A stretch of DNA of 64,000 nt, taken from positions 384,001 to 448,000 of the forward strand of contig CP000071.1 of the NCBI GenBank assembly GCA_000002445.1. The letters run 5' to 3'. This DNA comes from Trypanosoma brucei. Its lineage: Eukaryota. Both the position numbers and the translations under genes were made by a program. Shown in pieces: positions 57,101 to 63,095 of this stretch (positions are counted from its first letter, which is position 1; every line of letters begins with the position of its first letter). A model generated the notes under the pieces. The model was not told the origin of the DNA. It did no database searches and saw only the letters and a list, made by a program, of their open reading frames with translations.

Positions 57101-60100
57101 AACTCTGGCACCTAAGGTATCATCAGCAAGTCGTACATATTCTTCCAAAACATCTTTTGAACGGCGGGTATATGCGTTCATGCCTGCCGTGCCAGCAACA
57201 GAAACAGCCTCCCGCAGGTCATGGTGACAGATTGTGCGAAGAGCTACATCGATCACCTGTACACATGAATCACCCAACCAAACCAAGGTATCCATGCGGT
57301 AATGATTTTCCACCGACATTTTTATTTCGTTGAGAAGTGAGGAACGTAACGTTCTGTCAAACGTTTTCATCCATTGTTCAACAGGTAGAGGTGATAACTC
57401 AATGGGGGTGTCCGTTCTAAGCACAGAACCATCAGTAGTAATAAACGACGTCACAACATTTCCCTCCAGATTAACGTCACAAACCCTGCTGTACAATGTT
57501 GTAAGGTGGCGCTTCAGTTTTGTTGCGTTGTGAACGGACAAGAACGACAACAACGACTCATCATCCATGAGATAAAAACGTGGGAACACCTCCCGCTTCG
57601 CGTCAAGTGAAGATGCAAGAATTTTTCGAACATCACCTAAAATTGTACGAGCCAAAGTGACCTGGTCTTGTATATTCTCCTGCATCATGGCCGTAAAAAG
57701 AGTGTACTGAGCTTTCCGCAAAGTCGCTGCCAGTGACTTGAAAGTATCACTAGTAGATGACACCTTCTCACGCAATAATTTTAGGTCTCGAGGAGTGAGT
57801 CCTATAAAATCCTCGTCCGTTGTGGTTTCAAGGGTTATTCCAAACGGTAGCACCTCCTTCCACTCTTTCTCGACGTCCTCCCACGTTAGTAATGTCTCCT
57901 TCATTCGTTGCACAACAGAATCGAACTCCATTACGGAACTTATGGTATACTGACTAAGATGTTCAACTTGACGTAAAGCACTTAACTCGTGTGAGAATGC
58001 TTCCAGCTGTGAAGATATCGAGGTCCTGCATCTCGGCGAAAGAATGAGGGCATCATTGGATCCCTCGGCAACTTCAAAGACAAAGCGTGTTTTCTTCGCG
58101 TCACTCTTCATGCGCTCCAAAGTAGCTTCCGCCTCAAAATCTAAAAAAGCGGGGTCTACAATTAGTTTTATCTCGTCAAGGTGATCAATGATACCATTCT
58201 CAAGTAATTGCTTTAGTGTGACGTTAGAATCAATCTGAGTCGACTGCTTTCTGCCAAGCTGGAGAATCCTCCCTATCTCCTTCCAGTGATTTTTCCGCAA
58301 GCCAGGTGTTGATAAGTATGCCAAAAGAGTCTGCAGAGACTCGAAGTCTGCCAACACCTGTTCTTGTTGCCTCCCTAGACACACTAAACCCGGATATCCC
58401 CGTAGATTCCGAACTGAGGAATGAAGGAGCCTTCTGCATCGCTGGACTTCATCGATAGTTTTCTCACTGTTCAGGGCACTGAGAGGAATTATATAGTAAT
58501 CCTTGACCCGAGTCGAATCAAAAACGCTGCACCAAAACTGTTCCAGAACGTCAAAAACACGCAACACGGGATGTACGTCATCAAATGTCTCGACAGTTTC
58601 GAGACCAAGTGACTTTTCGCAATAAAAGACGTGGTCAATTCCCTTGACGACGTCGTCAACAATAACTCGCAGCTCCTCACATGTTTGCGCACATATGTCA
58701 CAAACATCAACACTGAGAAGTCCCAATAACTCAATCACACCATTACGGACCACAGTTATTTTACCATGCAAGTCATTGCGGTACTCAACTAACTGAACAA
58801 CCAAAGCAGGCTTCCTCTCAGCGCAAGCCTTCTTCGCATTATTTGTTAACACGAGAAGCTCGTTGGGACATCGCATGAGCTCTGCTGCTACTTCATACAG
58901 TTGAGAATCTGCTGGTATGAGAAGCTTTTCTAAGTAACTAAAGAACTCGATAGCCCTTCTGCAATCGCCTGCCTCTATCTGCTTTGATAAATGTTCTGCA
59001 TATGTAATATCAGATTGCAATTTCTCCAGCTCCTCAACACTGTTTGGAATTACCGATAACTGATCGTTGTAACTACGGCATTTCTCCAATGATGAGCGTA
59101 TGAAAGACAAAATGTCTTTCTGAACCATGTTCAAAAAGCTTTTCAAGTAAGAAGACCATTGTTTTACGTACCATTTCTTCACATCAGTGCAGTTAATAGC
59201 AATGCAGCCGCAAAACACCACATCAGGTGATATTTTCCCCACTTCTAATATGGTATCGCGAAGCAAATTCACATTGCTTACAACTTCTTCCTCCGAGCAT
59301 TTGGTGAAGCACACTCCGTTTAGTGTCGGCATACGAGCAAACATCGAGTACTTCTCCGTTAAGTCCTCAACTACGGTACATGCTGCTCCTAGGTACCTTA
59401 TTAGGGTTGCTTTTCCTGGAAAGCTGTCGTCGTCAAACAAATTTAGGGAGTGTCTCTCAAACTGAATCGTTCGCATAATAACAGTTTCCGGAGTAGGAAG
59501 GTTGTTTGCGCTGTCGAGTAATTCGTCCAGCAGATCAGCGATACCAAAATGAAGTTGAGCGAACGATGGAGAACTTGGTAAACCACAACCACCAACGACA
59601 AAATACACCTCAATAAGGGACATTTTCCGTGCCTTCAACGGTGTCACTATACGATCCCCACCAGTAGCGAAGAATGATACTAAATCATCAATTGCATCGG
59701 ATATAAGAATCCTGATACGGTTGGTTAAAAATATACGTACCATCAAAAATACACGCCACAGTTCACTCTCTTTTAAATCATTCAAATCCATCGACAAAAG
59801 CGTACCTGCCTCGGGGATCGTGGTAAATAAAAGTTGTTCCACCTCCGTATAGAACTCAATCCTTATTCTGGTGAACGCCGCCCTCATAGAACATCCCAGC
59901 TGAGAAAGGAAATCATCCGCGTCTGTTCGCCAGTTGAAGGTAGTTGTGTTGAAAACAGCAAGCCTCTCAAAACGATCCGACCACAAGTGGTGTAACCTCA
60001 CAAAAAAATCATTTTTCCCCTCAGACCATATAAGCGAGTGTTTTAGACAATAAAGGGACTCGTTAAATGCTAAAAATCCCCCGTGGTCAGAGCCGTCATC

Positions 60101-60811
60101 CCGTCCATTGTCTTCTTCGAATCTTTTGATATCTTCATTGCGACAAACGAGGCGCAAGGGTGCCATTATCCTGCGGAAAAGGGAATTGAGATTCATATAA
60201 TCATAAATAGCTTCGACACAAACCCTAATATACACCTGTTCAATCTCTTTCATTGTCCTCTCAACAACATCCCGATGGTCAGCAGTTGTTCCTTGAGTTG
60301 CTAATATGACTATTCGTCTCAAACAACCCGTTTCATGAGTTATACATCCTTTGGCTACATTCTCATATAAATCAATGAGCAATGATGTCCTAAAATCACG
60401 GCCACTTTTACCGGAGGTGCACAAAGCCTCCTCGCTAATCCCAACAGGAACTCGAACCGAACGTCTCTGCGATTGTAACTGTGACACTTGAATGTACTGC
60501 CTCTTTCCATCATAACAAAATGTTCCCACATATGGTGAGTAATGACAACCTATTCTCGAGCTAGGAGATGATGATGCCTTCTTCCATGAGCAAATCGCGT
60601 CGAAAAGATCGCTCTCCTTGAACTCAGGGAAGTGAAGAACTTCGGTTCGTCCCGTGTAGTCGGGTGCTATGCCAAAGGAACCGAAGCCAAAAGTCTCACC
60701 AAACCCTGCATCCGTGGCAACAGTGATAAATGGTCGCGGAATACCATCTAGAAAATAGGCAAGGACCTTTTCAAAACGAATCTGTCCACCACAATCCCGC
60801 CTGTAATTCAT
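48137..60811 (-). CDS. Dynein heavy chain family protein (4224 aa), with non-canonical AAA1 nucleotide-binding motifs
   Basis: The ORF-track start at 60820 is a TTG; the first ATG is at 60811 (MNYRRDCGG...). The AAA1 block aligns by eye to canonical DHC: ...LGRFCWFLQC... vs LGRFVLVFNC, and ELDEIPTALSLAFRPIYVPSVDLGLLAQ vs [26 protein letters not shown]. P-loops follow in dynein order and spacing: the AAA2-like AMLVGSAYSGKT about 270 aa after the AAA1 site, the AAA3-like VLLVGERGQGKST about 340 aa further on, then the AAA4-like HVALVGAYGIGIRR, which is degenerate. Coiled-coil stalk-like segments and a C-terminal domain follow. Confidence 0.9.
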   Translation of the reverse strand: MNYRRDCGGQIRFEKVLAYFLDGIPRPFITVATDAGFGETFGFGSFGIAPDYTGRTEVLHFPEFKESDLFDAICSWKKASSSPSSRIGCHYSPYVGTFCYDGKRQYIQVSQLQSQRRSVRVPVGISEEALCTSGKSGRDFRTSLLIDLYENVAKGCITHETGCLRRIVILATQGTTADHRDVVERTMKEIEQVYIRVCVEAIYDYMNLNSLFRRIMAPLRLVCRNEDIKRFEEDNGRDDGSDHGGFLAFNESLYCLKHSLIWSEGKNDFFVRLHHLWSDRFERLAVFNTTTFNWRTDADDFLSQLGCSMRAAFTRIRIEFYTEVEQLLFTTIPEAGTLLSMDLNDLKESELWRVFLMVRIFLTNRIRILISDAIDDLVSFFATGGDRIVTPLKARKMSLIEVYFVVGGCGLPSSPSFAQLHFGIADLLDELLDSANNLPTPETVIMRTIQFERHSLNLFDDDSFPGKATLIRYLGAACTVVEDLTEKYSMFARMPTLNGVCFTKCSEEEVVSNVNLLRDTILEVGKISPDVVFCGCIAINCTDVKKWYVKQWSSYLKSFLNMVQKDILSFIRSSLEKCRSYNDQLSVIPNSVEELEKLQSDITYAEHLSKQIEAGDCRRAIEFFSYLEKLLIPADSQLYEVAAELMRCPNELLVLTNNAKKACAERKPALVVQLVEYRNDLHGKITVVRNGVIELLGLLSVDVCDICAQTCEELRVIVDDVVKGIDHVFYCEKSLGLETVETFDDVHPVLRVFDVLEQFWCSVFDSTRVKDYYIIPLSALNSEKTIDEVQRCRRLLHSSVRNLRGYPGLVCLGRQQEQVLADFESLQTLLAYLSTPGLRKNHWKEIGRILQLGRKQSTQIDSNVTLKQLLENGIIDHLDEIKLIVDPAFLDFEAEATLERMKSDAKKTRFVFEVAEGSNDALILSPRCRTSISSQLEAFSHELSALRQVEHLSQYTISSVMEFDSVVQRMKETLLTWEDVEKEWKEVLPFGITLETTTDEDFIGLTPRDLKLLREKVSSTSDTFKSLAATLRKAQYTLFTAMMQENIQDQVTLARTILGDVRKILASSLDAKREVFPRFYLMDDESLLSFLSVHNATKLKRHLTTLYSRVCDVNLEGNVVTSFITTDGSVLRTDTPIELSPLPVEQWMKTFDRTLRSSLLNEIKMSVENHYRMDTLVWLGDSCVQVIDVALRTICHHDLREAVSVAGTAGMNAYTRRSKDVLEEYVRLADDTLGARVQRILSTAITSLLRYRDELRLVSKSGVETLEDLKATAMVQTLLEGGKIVVQMMGLQLPYGMEFFGDYNIPILTPEYVEKGLCSMLMSIRASSFPILIGKNNENSELEYYAQYLGRFCWFLQCHPTLPFEGIVRALRGCLGAGVILCLKDIELLGRELADSVSALLKGVESACRNEKRHNDGGMSTVEFQAGDNSICAIRDACFHVVLTTRELDEIPTALSLAFRPIYVPSVDLGLLAQGTLQALGVPHFASIGQRLATMFSQFVAMLPAVFTCRSFLSVIRDAADCKTGTMAESLCSAFLRQFWHVIESDERLLKLFEWNVVHTLGIPRHVLEEVLEKFKSKLGFDSCLERFTYFMKFNKNAMLVGSAYSGKTPLWKSWVGDTHYIVLSHRLLCSAEVYGDESRPGLLVSIARKWDPISTHTIVMEHTNVVDVPTFLESAAHVRVRSYSGPDFIQGSSTRIITVVTTLESANPRIVSEVAIYALPEPSGWKDLLKNELYSDPNCSPGAAFPVISALIEAVLDVSAVPRISSLDEDVFGVVCRCSRFYKRWYAFARSCGKAEGEHSSDDVFASQCAVFATCWSVMLCMQVSEISTGIVAFKKSQSGLTAVAQHIGVDENVIFPPDDDLLNYIATPFGWKKLGKEASDVGFPTPWASRDPGVNFKQHAWTYFFPLRSRQRTLMHLEYMAAVGQPVLLVGERGQGKSTLLNHMRCSSRWAYELVHNTVACTAGDVQDALLQGLSRSQHNTYVPSSGQRLVLCVDDVHLVGEMGYPQAMCVFAFIDHYSALCTPSKGYVPIKDVICVGTSLPTPPHEPEVENSVLRIMIPDFIEDEILHEVEKLIGKTRGVRRGEGFLKGVGDFLIASQSMAFHFINSLLGDNHSGLDRLKSTLASIEGICAFEDTSLLSFSDDRADNQSQLPYPYVLLRVVDKVLRILSTQLDEASIVKGIYHSVYTFFMPLIAGEGRREELMAELLKMAKETMRYSPGARQREGADETYVTEVLNSLEYPSVGHDVIRKWLEKHDVMMPPALVDEIRSESPYISTGKSRMESPSTKEAQQQAAVGGAPHVNCTPHWTVSLISDVHHCLRQEGSHVALVGAYGIGIRRALHVWAAGRGVNLRSLLSDFAAPDAKNSFTRELIEILQGTCRSGSRMVVFVPNEVLTLVWPLSLLYYTLRGGNVRQLFSVEEQLYLLHGRRGIQRQSGKLTPAEEVQLRERISSRLSIVAHFVSFEEMRRLGTVIPFVLQMLPVVLHAPDMLREHVDVVIRSEKATFVVPETGRAESADVPPGGEGCGKDAPVESIPCFLGVPMDTETLLGRPYSQLLCDIFFCLRTNTEISVEQLQEFATLANRLRGTLFRICHCVSQSLRVDDLFNAIPTKMQEYANKSKEAEETKVTVVQHRGELVARLERSKECATRHQSEWEFLQRKSCDLLPLVTAAENALRLKRESISDGLSSTKARLCSMKTAQIRQYASSLPSPKGVLLVKAVCRVLGEDLRATSTRDVWDRGRSIMTASKFIARLRDLDHESLSYESLASVHSSLRGVRFTDVSPFADALSDYLLSVMEAVRVKKELQIEQMELDSLRLEYTTIEDRKNEAGCGVSESRRKIECVEQEVNNVDEKSQGLETTVVDMTKRQKSLEFITDALDRFSLFHTPGKTAAQCNEMAKGEGAVIMVAAHFAFFASLPLEVQRSCHKALYSLLCDWGIQAPADLEDPAASLLFPSVDETVESLLLSACSTYERQCIAGLLQKIFSNCPIFCGVTNVFEEVLGRCLAFICGDCVVVSVMQKDFCDEVVRAASSGIGLLICDVHAPSVLERLRPLLLLLKALPQAALQKRNLRCTLFGQEVPVKPSFLMVCVSPAVMLHEEAKAATRCYTTVVNIPSPRRIEEGVHTILLGCPTAYARPLVENVFSVRDKQDNDALCAFRVTLPEVREMLSGDLDELAGNNNGELERLDFLLRELHTLHMTVLRIEAHNKSVQKPLASLWEGLKRGIQAAERAVRVIEKEILGRLWEWRMLEPFIVGATNLSSAYVRRISPGTFDKLPPPQRDFYATVNFVESLVDVMASGWPMELRGIFAWYILSTVVHSCGFMLAHSGVLYSSHITFLTSQQYDVLNRLLTRQNIAADKQTVRNLYESSMDPLLNSIARDNSTLDDTESGLSLESTLFVKDTNTSWVLKAGEELIRFLFQQWMLLNHRACDAAASDLYAAFFTSVKKKVTEEGGLSIYDSLDSQCTNLRYSEEWWQFSGNTSIPLLLKGANTHELVGYVRQRANSASFFFRYLTVTNVRDLDQLVGYVSHSFQQPPTHVVRGHCVMAVFVPPAGVSEEASFLQAISSRFSALWRYGIWGLLRGGGHSTRTPVVLCCTVRGAPNMVRNNVVRAMQEWCFPVVVDSVSPRHQLLSVIGGKVFAPPWKREGVTLLLERECTKSGVSCSHLDSCKRGDRGNTMVTPLGYVLELHAGISAGGAVQRALVEDRGLDNVFTDLYRTDINTDDLLLILRLVSLKQLDDPQEEEPSSKRHPSTTLHAATHTVSSTELKSATLQRRSISERLYRLFNKVAYLVYTSRSERHQGCLLIENMLYERGPLLMLRDDGRLCYSTALDELLREKPTDEVFMATLRRSDKSFLHLCGDDHTIVTYRSMASSALRRSLCGVPFSTRADPLFSTSDGPLCSQGGVDGASQTEPHEDFESNSAVSLLLVWEGVYGEKTVRALERAQHKELSSRLRVATAQFRGWQPGSVLSVWLPALQYPKLLLNILLADALERKGDLLSHIEAVLVVTRRYMLLHDDVLLTGAAPSRQLEREVSIQAGWKPCEMRWNKEVGASKHDMDIVIAVRYQSDFTDCPSRQPSGVLWDLRSGKKGSEPRQEGSAMCNSVLFLTEPEPPQVCDVVKRSVATVPVVGLDLQWAVSHPLNPDDKPDEATSRVWQPLFELPLYVTVPACERSELNATPPRSVGQRPLGGRGGGRKALASSGPVVDTLGDSLGFFIAVS

Positions 60812-61050
60812 ACTATACAATCCCCTTATAACTTATGAATACTAGAACCCTCCACAAAAATAATAATTAATTCAAAAAAAAATACGGGTGCCCGCCGCGA
60901 TGGGGTTACAAACCGAAGTACTCCAAGGAAGACCGTTCGTTCAAGGAAACACGTGGAACGTTAATACGTTATGAACGAACATACAAGTCTAAACCAACGG
61001 TCAGAACGCAGTTGAGATTTGTCGTATAACAAAAGAGAGTAAAAGAAACA

Positions 61051-61512
61051 TTAGCTCCGTAGCTTGTTGAAGTCGAATCTGTGCTCAGCGCCTTGTTTCA
61101 ACTGCTCAGTTACGAACTGTAACCACGCAAGCTGGTTAACTCCCTCCTCGCAGTGGTGCGCGCTGATTCGCTTTAGTTCGTACTCATAGTCCTCCATCAT
61201 CGTGCAAATACGACTGCGCATGAGCATCCCGCGACATGTGTACAGTATTCCATAGAGCACAACACCCATACTAATAGCAGGGGGGAGGGGCCGTGTGTAG
61301 TAGACACTGTTCTTAAATATGTGACGTGGACCCCAGAGTCTGAACACCAGCATAACACTGGACGTTGTGAAGGTTACGCACCCCACAAGATAATACCACG
61401 CCCTGCTCTGATGACGGGCCAACTGTTCCACCCGGTCGGCAACGTGGTGCCTCTGGCTTTGGGAAATCTCCGTAACATACTGTGAAAACTCCTGACCAAC
61501 CTTGGACGACAT
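61051..61512 (-). CDS. Small hypothetical membrane protein (153 aa, ~2 predicted TM helices); first gene of the minus-strand polycistron
   Basis: The ORF-track ORF (61051..61572, GTG start) translates straight through a polypyrimidine tract. On the coding strand the sequence is ttttcttctttctttctttctacctttctttctttcAGtaATGTCGTCC, so MSSKVGQEF... at 61512 is the start that makes sense of the splice signal. Hydrophobic segments YYLVGCVTFTTSSVMLVF and AISMGVVLYGILYT. Confidence 0.5.
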   Translation of the reverse strand: MSSKVGQEFSQYVTEISQSQRHHVADRVEQLARHQSRAWYYLVGCVTFTTSSVMLVFRLWGPRHIFKNSVYYTRPLPPAISMGVVLYGILYTCRGMLMRSRICTMMEDYEYELKRISAHHCEEGVNQLAWLQFVTEQLKQGAEHRFDFNKLRS

Positions 61513-61514
61513 TA

Positions 61515-61553
61515 CTGAAAGAAAGAAAGGTAGAAAGAAAGAAAGAAGAAAAT
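61515..61553 (-). promoter_or_regulatory. Polypyrimidine tract + AG: predicted spliced-leader trans-splice acceptor for the 61051..61512 gene
   Basis: 36-nt pure C/T run on the minus strand (plus-strand aaagaaagaaaggtagaaagaaagaaagaagaaaa), ending in cAG 2 nt upstream of the ATG. Confidence 0.5.
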
Positions 61554-61946
61554 GCATCAAACCGGGCGACACACACAGTAGCGGAGATCAATCCCACGCG
61601 GGGAACCTCCTCGTTTTCAGGAGTCATACCATCACGCGAGGGGGTGCCCCGTATCGAGCCGGACCCCAAAGGGAAACTCGGAAATGCTGCGGAGGAAGCC
61701 AGGGACTCCGGGGTCCGCGGAGTCTGGACACCGTCGCCGACAGCCGAGTCTTCCACTACGGGCAAGACGACGGCGACCCCTACCACCGGCAGCCGCACCG
61801 CGCCGGCGATACAGTTGCGCGCTCACAGCACCACTGTAGGGGTGCCTCGCCCGTGTAGCCACAACCAGAGAGAAAGGGCAGCGGGGAGCCGACACAACTG
61901 CAGAAGGCTCTCGTCGTCAGAAAGTTCAACAGTGAAATGTAGAAGT
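61554..61946. promoter_or_regulatory. Divergent strand-switch region: GC-rich spacer between the minus-strand and plus-strand polycistrons; putative RNA Pol II transcription start region
   Basis: Gene orientation flips here: minus-strand genes lie below 61512 and a plus-strand gene begins at 62031. The ~400-bp spacer is conspicuously GC-rich (gcggggaacctcc..., ggggtgccccg..., ccggggtccgcggagtctggacaccgtcgccgacagccgag..., cgcaccgcgccggcg...), unlike the AT/homopolymer-rich intergenic DNA elsewhere in the window. Overlapping ORFs in several frames on both strands are typical of GC-rich non-coding DNA. Confidence 0.55.
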
Positions 61947-61969
61947 GCCTTCTCTCTTCTCTTCTTGTA
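61947..61969 (+). promoter_or_regulatory. Polypyrimidine tract + AG: predicted trans-splice acceptor for the F-box-like gene
   Basis: ccttctctcttctcttcttgtAG about 60 nt upstream of the ATG at 62031. Confidence 0.45.
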
Positions 61970-62030
61970 GCCGTTCAATCCAAGGAATAGTAAGGGCACA
62001 AGGCACATTTTAGTTGGAGCGCGAAATAGC

Positions 62031-63095
62031 ATGGAAATGGCGGCGCCACCGCCGCCTGCCCGTAGGAGGCGACAGCCTTTCATTACGTCTTTCCTTGAAA
62101 ACGTATTACCGTTCCTACCGGCACGTGAGTTGCTTGTTTGTGCGACCGTATCCCGCACCTGGAGGGAGGAGTCTAGGGCACTTTCCATCTGGAGAGCGCT
62201 TCTAATCAGTAATCCACGGACAGTACAGTACGGGTATCAAGGGCTTACGCTAGGAGAGATGCAAAAAATAGCCCTCCGAGCCGCTAATTTGTCGGACAAC
62301 CGTGGTGACGCCGGTGGAGTCACTGACCAAGAAACCAGTGGAATGGAAAGAAGTGACTTGAGAGACAGTGAGAGAAGAGCTGAGCCGTCCCTGGAGAACG
62401 CGAGAGGTAAGCAACGCAGACAATTCTCATCATGCGGAGGGGTCTCGACATTAGAAAGAGGTGCAATAATGATCCAGCGGACTGGTGGGGCCATCTGTGT
62501 CGAAACGAAAAGTTGTACCAACGATATACAGAAAACCTTCGAAACCGTTCAAACGTATATCGTACATGTGAGAGAAAACGTTAAGTCAATTGCGTGTGTA
62601 ATCGATGCACTCCGTCAGAAGGTACCAAGCAGTGAGTCTATTAAGTTTCATCAACAGTGTGTTGGGTTGTGGAAGAGGCTCAATGTGTTCGAGGAGATTG
62701 TTATCGATTCGCTTGATGAAGGTGAAACCGCATCACTAAGAGGACTTCGCAACTTTAAGCAGGTGGAGGTGGTGATGTCAGGACAAGTAGAATCGCAAGC
62801 TTACATCCAGTGGTGTTTTTTCAAGCAAGCACTTCCACTTGATGAAACCTATTATGATTACGTAGACCTGCTGTATTCATTAGGTCCAGCCAGATGTGGT
62901 CCCGCGATCGCGACTCTTTCAGAAATAGAGCTGGCCGTAGAGAGGATTCGAATGAACAATCAGCTTCAAACTGTCATCGATGGTGTGATAATGATGAAAA
63001 GTGTGGATATTGGAAGATTATGTTGGGAATCTTTGATGGCTTATGTAAACACAGAGAGGCGTGCAGCAGATCTTGGTGGACGTAGACCTGAATAA
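62031..63095 (+). CDS. F-box-like protein (354 aa); first gene of the plus-strand polycistron
   Basis: N-terminal F-box-type motif ...FITSFLENVLPFLPARELLVCATVSRTWREESRALSIWRALL (LPxxxLxxCxxVSRxWR pattern). Genuine ATG with a PPT/AG upstream. TAA stop at 63095. Confidence 0.65.
   Translation: MEMAAPPPPARRRRQPFITSFLENVLPFLPARELLVCATVSRTWREESRALSIWRALLISNPRTVQYGYQGLTLGEMQKIALRAANLSDNRGDAGGVTDQETSGMERSDLRDSERRAEPSLENARGKQRRQFSSCGGVSTLERGAIMIQRTGGAICVETKSCTNDIQKTFETVQTYIVHVRENVKSIACVIDALRQKVPSSESIKFHQQCVGLWKRLNVFEEIVIDSLDEGETASLRGLRNFKQVEVVMSGQVESQAYIQWCFFKQALPLDETYYDYVDLLYSLGPARCGPAIATLSEIELAVERIRMNNQLQTVIDGVIMMKSVDIGRLCWESLMAYVNTERRAADLGGRRPE

Noticed and set aside
60840-60960. A G/C-rich patch (gggtgcccgccgcgatggggttacaaacc...) checked for a tRNA, and a spot scan for T-loop GTTCGAATC-type motifs in the gaps and the strand-switch region
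   Set aside because: No cloverleaf can be drawn, as it lacks an acceptor/T-arm pairing and a conserved T-loop. No T-loop consensus was seen in the other intergenic stretches I could scan. A proper tRNAscan or Infernal run over the whole window is still warranted.
61313-61970. Four overlapping ORFs (61313..61798 -, 61632..61895 -, 61482..61970 +, 61502..61858 +) in the strand-switch spacer
   Set aside because: They are open in several frames on both strands, the hallmark of GC-rich non-coding DNA. None has a PPT/AG in the right place, and they overlap the better-supported 61051..61512 gene and its splice signal.
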